48,017 nt of DNA, taken from positions 1 through 48,017 of the forward strand of contig JANLWX010000032.1 of the NCBI GenBank assembly GCA_031364845.1, given 5' to 3'. The position numbers and the translations under genes were made by a program. Source of the DNA: Candidatus Eiseniibacteriota bacterium. GTDB taxonomy: Bacteria > Eisenbacteria > RBG-16-71-46. This document shows positions 38,696 to 48,017 of this stretch, piece by piece (the first letter of the stretch is position 1; each line of letters begins with the position of its first letter). Below the pieces are notes generated by a model. That model saw only the letters and a list, made by a program, of their open reading frames with translations. It was not told the DNA's origin and ran no database searches.

Positions 38696-40336
38696 TTGCG
38701 GAACGCGAACCGAACCGGACTGCTGCTCGCGGCACTCGGCGCGCTGAGCGCCGTCGCAGGCCCGGGAGACGCGAAGGGCGCCGAACCCGTCTGGACGTAT
38801 GCCGAGGCGAGTCCAGCGCCACCGCCTTCCAACGCCGGCGGCTGGACGGTCTGGGACTCACGGCGCGAGTCCTTCGTGCACCATCCGGGTCAGTTCCTCT
38901 ACGGCGGCCATCGACCGGGCCACACCTACCCGACCCGAACTTATCGATGGCAGCCCGACTCCCGGGAGCCGTGGACTGTTCTCACGACCGCGACCGATCT
39001 GCCGCCACTCGAGATGTCGGCGGCGGCCTACGACTCGGACACGGATGCCATCTGGGTATTCGGCGGGAAGCACACGACGTACTCATGGGACACCTTCTCC
39101 AGCGCGACCACCGTGAACACGAACATCTGGAAACTCGCGCTCGATTCATCCGCGGGATGGCAGGTCGTCACGGTCGCGGGCACGCCACCCCCGCCGCGAT
39201 TCGATGCGAGCATGGTGCTCGATGTGGCTCGCCGTCGGTTGCTGGTGTTCGGGGGAATCGACACGTTGGCGGCCCGGTTCGATGACGTGTGGTCGCTGAA
39301 CCTCGATGGCACACCCACTTGGCAGGAGTTGCATCCGGCGGGAGCTCTGGGAGCGCGATGCGGTCATGCGGCGGTCTTCGATCGACCGCGCGATCGGATG
39401 ATCGTCGCGTGCGGCGAAGGCGCGGGGGGAACGTTGCTGTCGGACGTCTGGACTCTGGAGTTCGGTGACTCGTTGCGGTGGCAACCGCTGGATCTCACCG
39501 GAGCCACTCCGGTCGGTTCGGCCGCCGGCGCGATCGACGAGTCCCGCGATCGCTGGATCGTGGTTACTCACGGGGAACCGATTCGAGTGCACGCCCTGTC
39601 GTTGAGCGATCCTCCCGCGTGGCAGACGGTGTCCCCCGCGCGCCGCGCGCCGGATTGGGCGACGTCTTTCGTGATCCCGCGGATCTCCGTCGCATGGGAC
39701 CCCACGCGCGACGCGCTCGCGGTGCTGTGGCCGATGGGGGCTTTCAACGGGGAACTCCGCGACGCGCCCCTGCTCCGCTTCGGGCCGCTTCCGATCGTCA
39801 ACGTCACGGCCGAGTTCCGCCATCGCATCTACGAGAACGGAACCAGCTACACCTACTGGTCAGTGCACTCCGATCGGCCGCTCTACGACCGGATCGGAAT
39901 CGTGATGACCGAGAGCGACCCACCGTGGCCGAGCCCGGTCAGCCTGTGGGAGTTCCCCGATGCCAACGGATCCATCGTGTTCCGCCAGGACGGCGCTTCG
40001 CGTGTCGGTCGCTACGCTTACTGCGTCCATTGGTTCGACGGCCTCGCTGAGCGCGATACCGGAGACTTCCCGATGGCGTCGGGCCCGATCGCGATCGCCG
40101 GCCTCAGCAACCCGGCCCGCGGAGCCCTCGCGTTCTCGATCCAATTGAGCGATAGGATCCCCGCGCGCGTCGACGTCCACGATGTCAGCGGCCGCCTGCG
40201 GTTCAGCCGCACCTTGCAGGGCAATGGAACGCACCCGGTGGACGTCGCGGCGCGCGGTTGGTCGGCCGGGATCTACTTCGTGAGCGTGTCGCACGCGGAC
40301 CACAGGACCGTGCGAACCGTCGCGTTCATGCCGTGA
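38696..40336 (+). CDS. Secreted Kelch-repeat beta-propeller with C-terminal sorting domain
   Basis: Signal peptide; repeats YDS....WVFGG, LD..RRRLLVFGG....FDDVWSL, FD..RDRMIV..G...LSDVW; C-terminal NP...DVSGR...SAGIYFV. Confidence 0.85.
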   Translation: MRNANRTGLLLAALGALSAVAGPGDAKGAEPVWTYAEASPAPPPSNAGGWTVWDSRRESFVHHPGQFLYGGHRPGHTYPTRTYRWQPDSREPWTVLTTATDLPPLEMSAAAYDSDTDAIWVFGGKHTTYSWDTFSSATTVNTNIWKLALDSSAGWQVVTVAGTPPPPRFDASMVLDVARRRLLVFGGIDTLAARFDDVWSLNLDGTPTWQELHPAGALGARCGHAAVFDRPRDRMIVACGEGAGGTLLSDVWTLEFGDSLRWQPLDLTGATPVGSAAGAIDESRDRWIVVTHGEPIRVHALSLSDPPAWQTVSPARRAPDWATSFVIPRISVAWDPTRDALAVLWPMGAFNGELRDAPLLRFGPLPIVNVTAEFRHRIYENGTSYTYWSVHSDRPLYDRIGIVMTESDPPWPSPVSLWEFPDANGSIVFRQDGASRVGRYAYCVHWFDGLAERDTGDFPMASGPIAIAGLSNPARGALAFSIQLSDRIPARVDVHDVSGRLRFSRTLQGNGTHPVDVAARGWSAGIYFVSVSHADHRTVRTVAFMP

Positions 40337-40474
40337 GGTCCGAGCTCTTCAGCCCTATCACGCGAGCTCGTACAGATACTCCGCGAACGACGTTGCGACG
40401 AGGCTCAATCGGTGGCTCGCGAACACAATCAGGCTCCCATGGGTCACCGATGTCTTCGCCGCTCGCAACCCCGA

Positions 40475-41626
40475 TCAGCGCGTCGTCGCCTCGGCAGGAC
40501 GGGGGGCAATCTCGGCGGTCAACTCGATGCGTTTCTTCGCGCGCAGCAGCGTGAGCTTCACGCTCGTCCCCACGCCGAGCTCATAGAGCTTGCGCTGAAA
40601 TTCGTAGACGTCCGTGATCGGCTGCTTGTCCATGAAGGTGAGGACATCGCCCATCTGGATGCCTACCTGCGTTGCCGGGCTCGGAACGAACACGTTGTCG
40701 ATGTAGATCCCCACCGCGTTCCCGACGCCCGTCTCCTTACGCAGGTCATCGCTGAGTGTGCGCACCGAGATGCCGAGCCACGGTGACCGTTGGTCGGTGC
40801 GCTGGATCAGGCTGTTGTAGATCGCGGTGGCGAGGTTGATCGGCAACACGTAGCCGGAGCCCGCCTCGACTCCCGTGCTCTCGGGTTTGGCGGAATCGCT
40901 GCGCCGCGTGTTGATGCCGATCACCTCACCCGACAGGTTCACGAGCGGTCCTCCGAGCGCGGCGTCGCTGACGCGCATCGACGTCTGCAGATAGGTCGCG
41001 CTCAGCTCGTCCTGATAGCACTGGCGCGACGCCTCGTACGACACGATGCCCGGCACCATCACCTTCTCGTTGCCGGCCGGATCTCCGAACGCCACCACAT
41101 AGTGACCGGCGTGCGTCTTGCCGCTGTCGCCGAGCTTGAGAAACGGCGTCGGATCGCGGGGGACGATCTTCAGGATCGCGAGGTCGATCGACGGTTCCAT
41201 TCCCACCACGGTCGCGCCGTAGCGGTCGTTGCCCATTTGGACGTCGATCGTGTCCGGCGGCTCTCCGGTCGTGAGTTCGACGACCACGCGCCGCAGGGTG
41301 AGGATGTAGCCGTCGTCCGAAATGAGAAACCCGCTGCCGCCGCCTGTCGGCCGCTTGCCTTCATAGAGCAGGTCGTCCCACGAGAACGTCTGCCATCCGC
41401 CGGTGAGCGTCTTGCCCTCGTTCGCAGCCTTCCACCAGGGCTGGTCGTCGACGAAGCGCGTGATCGTGACCACCGCCGGCATGACCCGCTTCGCGAGATC
41501 CCCGAACACCAACTCGGTCTTCCGCATCGACGCGATCGCGTCGTCGAGCTTCCGGTCCGCCCGCGCGGGAGCGGGCGCCATGAGCGCCACGAGAAGCAGT
41601 GCCTGCGTCGCTCGGATCCATCGCAT
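40475..41626 (-). CDS. HtrA/DegP-like trypsin + PDZ protein with degenerate catalytic triad
   Basis: ATG 41626 with GGAGG RBS; signal peptide; PAVV.I; GSGFLISDDGYILT; DLAILKI; GGPLVNL.GEVIGIN; PWLGI PDZ. His and Ser are absent. Confidence 0.88.
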   Translation of the reverse strand: MRWIRATQALLLVALMAPAPARADRKLDDAIASMRKTELVFGDLAKRVMPAVVTITRFVDDQPWWKAANEGKTLTGGWQTFSWDDLLYEGKRPTGGGSGFLISDDGYILTLRRVVVELTTGEPPDTIDVQMGNDRYGATVVGMEPSIDLAILKIVPRDPTPFLKLGDSGKTHAGHYVVAFGDPAGNEKVMVPGIVSYEASRQCYQDELSATYLQTSMRVSDAALGGPLVNLSGEVIGINTRRSDSAKPESTGVEAGSGYVLPINLATAIYNSLIQRTDQRSPWLGISVRTLSDDLRKETGVGNAVGIYIDNVFVPSPATQVGIQMGDVLTFMDKQPITDVYEFQRKLYELGVGTSVKLTLLRAKKRIELTAEIAPRPAEATTR

Positions 41627-41654
41627 CACGTCGACCTCCATGAACTCTGTATCG

Positions 41655-43043
41655 TCACAACGACTCGAGGAACCGCAGCAGTTCATTCCGCGCCACCTTG
41701 GGCAGGTTGCGGAACACATCGCGGCTCTTTTGCGCCTCACCACCATGCCAGAGAATCGCCTCTTCGAGCGAGCGCGCGCGGCCATCGTGAAGCAGGAACC
41801 GGTACCCGCCGACACGCTCCGCGAGCCCGATCCCCCACAGCGGCGGCGTGCGCCACTCCGCCGCGGCGGCATCCTGCTCCGGCATGCCGTCCGAAAGTTC
41901 GGGGCCCATGTCGTGGAGCAGAAGATCGGTGAAGGCATGGATCGTCTGGCGCGAGAGCGGCTGCACGTCGCTCCCGGACGTCGTGAGCGTCGGAGTGTGG
42001 CAACCCGCGCAGCCGGCCTCGACGAAGCGATGGGCGCCGCGCATGACTGCAGGCTGCGTTGGATCACGGCGCGCGGGAACCGCGAGCATGCGGCAGTAAG
42101 CGATCAGCGACGCGAGCGGGCGGCCTTCGAGCTCGGGCTCACCGCCTGTGGCTCGCGCGGCGGCGGCGCGCTGAGCGGCGTCGCTCTCGAGTTTGGGATG
42201 CGCCGGCGTGGTGATGCCGATGTCGCCGGCGAGTGCCGTCGAAATCTGATCCGCCACCGCGGGCTGTGCCGCCTTCCATCCCAGGCGGCCGGCGCGGCGT
42301 ACGCCGGCGTCGGTCGAAGTGAGCCAGTGGATGCGCCCCGAGATCCCGTTTGCGTCGCGATCGTCGGGGTCGGCGAGTGAGAGAAGCGTTGAGTCCGACA
42401 CGAGTTCGAGCAACCCCACACCGATCACCGCGGGCGCGATCCGCGCCGAGAGCTGCAGGTCTCTGGCGAGCGCACCATACGCCGGATCCACGATCGCAAA
42501 CCGCGGCGCACGCAGCGTGGCGCGTGTCCCATCCGGATAACGGTGCGCCCGTTCGGTCCACCGGACCGCGAGCCGTCCCTCGGGCGTGAGTCCCTGAATC
42601 GCGCGTTCTCCGAGCTGGCTGCCATAGATGGAATCGGCCCGCGGCACACCGTGGCCATCAACGCGCGCGAGCTTCGCGATCATCGAGCGTGTGAGATCCG
42701 CCGGGCCTTCGGGTGGCCGGCCGCGGCCGTCGCGCAGATGACAGCCCGAGCACGAGCGGTTGGTGAAGAATGGTCCGAGCCCGTCGAACATCTCGACCGA
42801 AGCCGGCGCTTCCACCCACGACGTGCTGAAGATTCGATTGCCGAACGCGAACTCCGAAAGCTGCTCGACGGTGATGCCGGGCGCGTGCTGTGAGAACGCC
42901 ACGCGGGTTTCGACATCGGTGGTTGCTTCGCCACCCAAATGCGGATCGGTCATCCACGCGAGATCCGGCGAGGCGGCTCGCGATGCGACCGCGATCGCCG
43001 CCAGCGCGTAGGCCGCCGCGATCACGGATGCCGCGCGGCGCAT
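41655..43043 (-). CDS. Di-heme oxidoreductase family protein (DUF1111-like)
   Basis: DGLGP.F...SCSGCH..DGRG; DPDDRDANGISGR; GRLGWKA; GCAGCH; TDLLLHDMG; WRTPPLWG; LHDGRAR..EEAILWHGGE. Confidence 0.9.
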   Translation of the reverse strand: MRRAASVIAAAYALAAIAVASRAASPDLAWMTDPHLGGEATTDVETRVAFSQHAPGITVEQLSEFAFGNRIFSTSWVEAPASVEMFDGLGPFFTNRSCSGCHLRDGRGRPPEGPADLTRSMIAKLARVDGHGVPRADSIYGSQLGERAIQGLTPEGRLAVRWTERAHRYPDGTRATLRAPRFAIVDPAYGALARDLQLSARIAPAVIGVGLLELVSDSTLLSLADPDDRDANGISGRIHWLTSTDAGVRRAGRLGWKAAQPAVADQISTALAGDIGITTPAHPKLESDAAQRAAAARATGGEPELEGRPLASLIAYCRMLAVPARRDPTQPAVMRGAHRFVEAGCAGCHTPTLTTSGSDVQPLSRQTIHAFTDLLLHDMGPELSDGMPEQDAAAAEWRTPPLWGIGLAERVGGYRFLLHDGRARSLEEAILWHGGEAQKSRDVFRNLPKVARNELLRFLESL

Positions 43044-44197
43044 CAACCGCCACCTCCGATCACGACGCGCGCGCCGAACATCGCACCCGCGCGCTGGAGC
43101 ACACCCGCGAGGCCGAGCAGTTCACCCGCCAGCGTCTTGAGATCGCGACGGCGTGGATCGTCTTCCGGCGCCATCAGGATCGCATCGAACGGCGGCGGAA
43201 TCGTGTACACGAGCCTGCGCGCACGATCCAGACGTGCCCGCACATCCGCGGCCATGCGCACGTCGATCGCCTCGATCGCGCGCAGAAGTCCCGGACACTC
43301 CGCGTCCCCTTCGAGCACCTGCGCGAGGCCCTCGACATTCGCAACCAGATCACGATGCGAGTTGTCGCTGAAGCAACTCTGCTCGTCCTCCTGGGAGCCC
43401 GAAGAGAGCGCCACCCCGATGCGCTCCGACGCCAGCTCGAACACCGCGAGCGTGGCGGGTCCCGAGAGCGCGTGCCCGAGCGCCACTTTGGAATCCAGCG
43501 CGCGAAAGGAAGCGACGTAGCGCCGCGGCCCCGGCTCCCACTGGACCTTCACACTCGCCAGATCCCGAACCAGTCTCTCGGTGATGAGCGTCAGACACCG
43601 GCGCCGCCGCTCGCGCACCGGATCACCGCGCAGGTAATCGGAGAACGGCCGCTGCCCCGGGCCGGTGCGGCTGCGGTCCTGCCCCCACAACAGAAATTCG
43701 ATCGCGTGATAGCCGAGCGTCACCTGATTCTCGTCGTCGGCCGCATTGCGGCCGGCGAGGGACTCATCGGTGAGCGGCGTTTTCAGATCGCCGATCAGGC
43801 CGGATCGCGGCGAGCCGGCGACGTAGTCGAGGAATGCTTCGTCGATCGGCCACGCGTTGATGCGGCCTTCCGGCCCTTCGACACCCGTGATCGGATGGCG
43901 GTCGTCGATCGGACCACCGGAAAAGCGGAACACTTCGGTGCGCCCGTAGGCATCGCGCGAGGCGATCCACGCCTCACGTGCGCGCGCGAGCGATCGCTCG
44001 GACGGCTGCCCCAGCATGCCGTGGATCGCCACCTGCAGTGACTCGGCAGCGGCATGCGTCTCGCGATAGGCGCGCCCGGCGATGCATGCGTAGCCGTCGA
44101 GCGCCGAGCGTACGGAAGCATCCGCAGGCGGCTTTGCCGCGGGCACGCCCTGCGCCGTCGATAGTGCCGCGAGGCTCACCATCAGCCAGCCGATCAT
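43043..44197 (-). CDS. Imelysin family (IrpA-like iron-regulated) protein
   Basis: AR.AW..SR..Y..TEVFRF; INAWPIDE..LDYV; GYHAIEFLLWGQD (HxxE); QEDEQSCFSDN; TGATG coupling to the di-heme gene. Confidence 0.9.
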   Translation of the reverse strand: MIGWLMVSLAALSTAQGVPAAKPPADASVRSALDGYACIAGRAYRETHAAAESLQVAIHGMLGQPSERSLARAREAWIASRDAYGRTEVFRFSGGPIDDRHPITGVEGPEGRINAWPIDEAFLDYVAGSPRSGLIGDLKTPLTDESLAGRNAADDENQVTLGYHAIEFLLWGQDRSRTGPGQRPFSDYLRGDPVRERRRRCLTLITERLVRDLASVKVQWEPGPRRYVASFRALDSKVALGHALSGPATLAVFELASERIGVALSSGSQEDEQSCFSDNSHRDLVANVEGLAQVLEGDAECPGLLRAIEAIDVRMAADVRARLDRARRLVYTIPPPFDAILMAPEDDPRRRDLKTLAGELLGLAGVLQRAGAMFGARVVIGGGG

Positions 44198-44382
44198 CGC
44201 GCTACCCGCTCCCCTTTCGCACACTCGCCGACACGGGGCGCGGCCTCAGCCCACTTTATCGGATATCGGCCAATACATGGGACGTGTGCAGGTCGTCGTC
44301 ACGACGGAGGGGAACCTACGCGATCATCGGGTGGAATCGCTTCGACTCGGGAACGCAGCGACGAAACGAGTCGGAGCCGCCG

Positions 44383-45462
44383 CTACTTGGGCGTCTCCTT
44401 AGGAACGATCTCGTTCATCCGGGCGAGATCCAGCGTTCGCTCCGTCACGGTCGCCGGAATGAACCGCCGGTCGATGAGCGAGTCCAGCGGAACCTTGCGC
44501 TTGATGAAGCCCAGATCCGAGCCCATGTCCATGATGGACTGCAGCTCGGCATCGGTGGGATTCAGGTTGCGATACGTCACGCGATCCGCCGGCTGCGTCA
44601 GCACGTACTCCAGCAGCTTCTCGTCCTGGCGAAAGTACGGAGCCACGAGCTTCGCGGCATCCGAGCGATGGCGCTCGGTCCATTCGCCGGACTCGTAGAT
44701 GCCGCGCACCAGATCGTGGACGACTTCCGGTTTCTCCTTGATCAGATCCTCGTGCACGACGAGGCAACACGAAATGTAGTTCGGCCAGATGTCCTTCGCG
44801 TAGTAGAGCACGCGGCCGACGCCGTCGAGTTCGGCTTTCGCACAGAACGGTTCCGCCACGATGAACCCGTCGATCGCCTTGGTGGCGAGTGCCGCCACCA
44901 TGTCGGGCGGCGGGATCACGACGAAGTCGAAGTCCTTCGCATCCAATCCCTGATCGCGCAGCATCTTGTTGACGAAGAAGTTTTCGTTGCTGAACGGGCT
45001 CGGGATCGCGAACGTCTTGCCACGCAGGTCGCGGAACGACTTCGCTTGGAGATCGCTGCGCACCACGAACTGCGATCCATCGCGGTGTCCGAGACACACG
45101 ATGCGGATCGGTGCACCCTGCTCGCGCATCTTCATGGCGATGGGCACAGTGACGAAACCCGCGAGCAGCTTCTTGGTCTTGAGCGCCTCGACGATCGGCG
45201 GGAATTCCGCGAACCGCAGCGCGTCGAACGCGGTGCCGGTGGTGCTCGTGCGGGACGCGTAGTCGGTCACCGGGCAGGTGAGGTGGCACGTCACCGGGAT
45301 GAACGCGACCTCGAGCGTCTGGCGGCGATCGGCGACATCCGCGCGGTGGACGTCCTCCTGCCAGTGGGGGCGCGGCTTGTTGAGCGTACGCATGCGCAGG
45401 CCGACGATGACCGCGAAGGCAATCACCACGACCATGACGATGCGCATGACGGGCGATTTCAC
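44383..45462 (-). CDS. NitT/TauT (NrtA/SsuA-like) ABC substrate-binding protein, Cys-rich
   Basis: N-terminal TM anchor; FIPVTCHLTCPV; LGHRDGS; DLRGKTFAIPS.FS; PPPDM; AEPF; SCC; GTGA overlap with the ATPase stop. Confidence 0.88.
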   Translation of the reverse strand: MKSPVMRIVMVVVIAFAVIVGLRMRTLNKPRPHWQEDVHRADVADRRQTLEVAFIPVTCHLTCPVTDYASRTSTTGTAFDALRFAEFPPIVEALKTKKLLAGFVTVPIAMKMREQGAPIRIVCLGHRDGSQFVVRSDLQAKSFRDLRGKTFAIPSPFSNENFFVNKMLRDQGLDAKDFDFVVIPPPDMVAALATKAIDGFIVAEPFCAKAELDGVGRVLYYAKDIWPNYISCCLVVHEDLIKEKPEVVHDLVRGIYESGEWTERHRSDAAKLVAPYFRQDEKLLEYVLTQPADRVTYRNLNPTDAELQSIMDMGSDLGFIKRKVPLDSLIDRRFIPATVTERTLDLARMNEIVPKETPK

Positions 45463-46280
45463 CGGAGACGGCCTCCATCGGATGTTTGCGGCGCAGCGGC
45501 GACCCCCGTCCAGCCGGAGTCCTCTCGCAGACCCTCGGAACCTGGCGGATTCCCGTTCGCTCCGCAACCTTCGAGTCCCATCTCGGCGAGGATGTCGTGT
45601 GTCGCCCGAACCACCGCGGGATGTGTGAGGTCGCGCGGCCGCGGCAGGTCGATACGATACTCGCGGCGAATGCGCGCCGGGCGGTCCGTGAGCACGATGA
45701 TCCGATCCGCCAGCTGTGCGGCCTCGCCCATGTCGTGGGTCACGAGCACGACCGTATGCGGCCGCTGCGCGAGCATGCGCGCGAGTTCATGCCGCATGCG
45801 CAGCCGGGTGATGTAGTCGAGCGCCGAGAACGGCTCGTCCATCAGCAGCAGTTCGGTGTTGGCGGCCAGCGCGCGCGCCAGCTCGACACGCTGGCGCATG
45901 CCTCCGGACAGTTGATGTGGATAGTGATCCGCGAAGCCGTCGAGACCGATGAGTGCCAACAGATCGCGCCGCTGCCGGTCGCGCTCCTGCGGATCCAAAA
46001 CGTGTCGAAGGCCGAGCATGATGTTCTCGCCCGCCGTTCGCCACGGGAACAGCCCATCGTTCTGGTACACCATGCGCGACCCGGCGCGTCGCTCGATGCT
46101 GCCGCGGGTCGGCGCATCGTGACCCGACATGAGATTGAGGATCGTAGTCTTTCCACAACCGGACGGACCCACGATCGCGACGAACTCACCATGGTTCACG
46201 TCCAAGGATACATCGTCGATCACGTCGACCGATCCGAAGCGATGAGACACCGAGCGCAGCTGCAGGACTTCGTCGCTCAT
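45459..46280 (-). CDS. NitT/TauT ABC transporter ATP-binding protein
   Basis: GPSGCGKTT, YPHQLSGGMRQR, LLLMDEPFSALD, VTHD. Confidence 0.93.
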   Translation of the reverse strand: MSDEVLQLRSVSHRFGSVDVIDDVSLDVNHGEFVAIVGPSGCGKTTILNLMSGHDAPTRGSIERRAGSRMVYQNDGLFPWRTAGENIMLGLRHVLDPQERDRQRRDLLALIGLDGFADHYPHQLSGGMRQRVELARALAANTELLLMDEPFSALDYITRLRMRHELARMLAQRPHTVVLVTHDMGEAAQLADRIIVLTDRPARIRREYRIDLPRPRDLTHPAVVRATHDILAEMGLEGCGANGNPPGSEGLREDSGWTGVAAAPQTSDGGRLR

Positions 46281-46301
46281 GCCGCGGCCCGAGTGCCTGC
46301 G

Positions 46302-47078
46302 TTACTTCTCATATCCCCACCGCACGCTCGGAATCCGCGTCAGCTGCATCACCACGCGGTCCATCGCGACGCCGATCAATCCGATCACGATCATGCCCAC
46401 GACGAGCAGATCGGGGCGCAGCGCATTTCGCGCATCCCAGATGAGGAAACCCAGGCCATCGCGGCCCGCGATCATCTCCGCCGCGACCACGACGACCCAC
46501 GAAAGACCCGCCGTCACGCGCAGCGTGGTGATCAGCTGCGGCATGATCGCCGGCAGCGTCACCTGCCACAGCAACTCTGCTCCCTTGAGCCCGTGATCAT
46601 CGGCGACGCGGAAGTACACCTTTGGAATACTCGTGACCGCGGCCGCGGTCGCGACGATCACGGGGAAGAACGTCGTCATGAAGATCAGGAAGATCGCGGG
46701 GACATCGCCGATGCCGAACCACAAGATCGCGAACGGAATCCACGCGAGCGGCGACAGATTGCGAAAGAAGTTGACGGTCGGCAGCAACGCATCCCGCAGC
46801 CGGAGCTGCAATCCCATCGAGAGACCCAGCGGGAGTCCGGCGAGCACGGCGATCGTGAACCCGGTGAACACGCGGAACAGCGAAGCCACGAGATCGTCAC
46901 CGAGCCGGCCGCGCACCAGCTCCTCGCGGAAACCCTGGGCGACTTCCATCGGAGAAGGCACCGACCCCGGCGGGAACACGCGGTTGTGGCTGCACACCGC
47001 CCACACCGCGACCGCCGCGAGCGGGAACAACAGAGGAAGGACCTTCATGTACGGACGTGCGCTCACGGGGACGGCCAT
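46302..47078 (-). CDS. NitT/TauT ABC transporter permease
   Basis: PSP.EV, SL.RV, SPLAWIP..ILWFG.G, LPA.MP, W.VVVAAEM...GLG. Start is 47078 or 47048. Confidence 0.92.
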   Translation of the reverse strand: MAVPVSARPYMKVLPLLFPLAAVAVWAVCSHNRVFPPGSVPSPMEVAQGFREELVRGRLGDDLVASLFRVFTGFTIAVLAGLPLGLSMGLQLRLRDALLPTVNFFRNLSPLAWIPFAILWFGIGDVPAIFLIFMTTFFPVIVATAAAVTSIPKVYFRVADDHGLKGAELLWQVTLPAIMPQLITTLRVTAGLSWVVVVAAEMIAGRDGLGFLIWDARNALRPDLLVVGMIVIGLIGVAMDRVVMQLTRIPSVRWGYEK

Positions 47079-47314
47079 GCCTCGGCAATGCTGGGCGGAA
47101 GGTACGAGCGCCTGCGATCGGTGAAAGGAAGGCTCGATTGTAGCGGAGGCCATCCTCCCCAGGCCAAGGACTCTCGCTCGAGCGCAGCATCCGGCGACCA
47201 CCATCAGGGTCAGGTGGCCGCCGGAAGTTCTCCGCTTTTCGATGGTGTCGGCGCGGTCCGACACACCCCAACCATGCCACGTTCAACGTTGCTCGGGCTG
47301 TGAATCGAGTGTCG

Positions 47315-48017
47315 TTACTTGATGATCGCCATGGTGGCCGTTTGCAGCCTGCCGTCCACACGAAGGCGGGCGAAATAGATTCCTGGAGATACCGAATCTC
47401 CGTTGTTGTCGCGGCCATTCCATTGAACCGTGTATGACCCTGGCTGGAAGGCAGCTTTTCGCAGATTCCGAATGACTCGGCCACGGACGTCGTAGACTGC
47501 CAAGGTCACTGCAGCCGTCGAAGCAAGCGTGAATGCGATGGTCGGACGGATCGACGGATTCGGCGAGACTCGCAGGGTGTTCACATCCGGTAGACGATTC
47601 ACGATCCCAGTGGTCGACTTGATCGCAAACTTCTGGATTCGATCATTGGTGTATTCCAGAACATAGACTTCACCGGCGGAGTTGGTCGCGATGGCGATGG
47701 GGGCTTTGAACTGTCCATAACCGGTGCCGAACGAGCCTCGCTGACACAGGTAGGTTCCCGTGCCGGTGAATTTCTGGATGCGGTTGTTGTCCAAGTCGGC
47801 AACATAGACGTCACCGGCAGCGTCCGTCGCCACTCCATGGGGGAAATTGAACTCGCCGTTGCCGCTACCGGACGTGCCCCACTGAGTGATGTAGCTTCCC
47901 GTGCCGCTGAACTTCTGGATGCGGTGGTTGGCAATATCCGCGACGTAGACGTCGCCCGCAGCGTCCGTGGCCACCGAGTTGGGACTGCTGAACTCACCGT
48001 CGCCGCCGCCGAGTGAG
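47315..48017 (-). CDS. NHL-repeat protein with C-terminal FlgD-Ig/T9SS-type domain; 5' end beyond the window
   Basis: Repeats VATDAAGDVYVAD..N.RIQKF and G.GNGEFN.P; C-terminal PNP...VYDVRGR...WNGRD..G..V.PGIYF. Confidence 0.88.
   Translation of the reverse strand, partial: SLGGGDGEFSSPNSVATDAAGDVYVADIANHRIQKFSGTGSYITQWGTSGSGNGEFNFPHGVATDAAGDVYVADLDNNRIQKFTGTGTYLCQRGSFGTGYGQFKAPIAIATNSAGEVYVLEYTNDRIQKFAIKSTTGIVNRLPDVNTLRVSPNPSIRPTIAFTLASTAAVTLAVYDVRGRVIRNLRKAAFQPGSYTVQWNGRDNNGDSVSPGIYFARLRVDGRLQTATMAIIK

Noticed and set aside
41627..42067. N-terminal extension of the HtrA-like ORF to 42067
   Set aside because: It overlaps the di-heme gene; the RBS and signal peptide support a start at 41626.
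47315..48017. Lower-GC NHL gene as a mobile island
   Set aside because: Composition looks shifted, but no integrase, transposase or boundary repeat is visible in the window.

Overview
GC-rich bacterial chromosomal region from a diderm organism. GWxTD and TonB genes, several C-terminal T9SS/FlgD-type sorting domains and PrsK/PrsR suggest an FCB-superphylum lineage such as Ca. Eisenbacteria (inference). From left to right: a TonB-dependent receptor plus a large secreted partner (cut by the window edge); a porin-like beta-barrel; NlpC/P60 and GWxTD genes; an M6 metalloprotease; an M23 peptidase; and a four-gene minor type IV pilin operon (FimT/PilV/PilW/PilX-like) whose PilW-like member is a ~1000-aa adhesin, preceded by sigma54 and sigma28-like motifs. 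Next come a membrane protein, a complete Ile-specific T-box riboswitch ahead of a frameshifted ileS, a deoxynucleoside kinase, prsR/prsK, a methyltransferase, a GT4 and a palindromic repeat. These are followed by a CapD-type dehydratase fused to a degenerate phosphoglycosyl transferase, a kinase-TPR/lipoprotein/S8 protease operon, an EEP protein and a Kelch protein. The right end holds a co-oriented cluster of a Cys-rich NitT/TauT-type ABC importer, an imelysin, a di-heme protein and a catalytically dead HtrA-like protein, then a truncated NHL-repeat protein. No rRNA, tRNA, CRISPR or transposase was seen. Best novelty candidates: the ABC/imelysin/di-heme/pseudo-HtrA cluster, the kinase with a Tyr-kinase-like catalytic loop and its operon, the CapD-pseudoPGT fusion, the pilin-adhesin fusion, the T-box in a diderm, and a GCCGATAA regulon.
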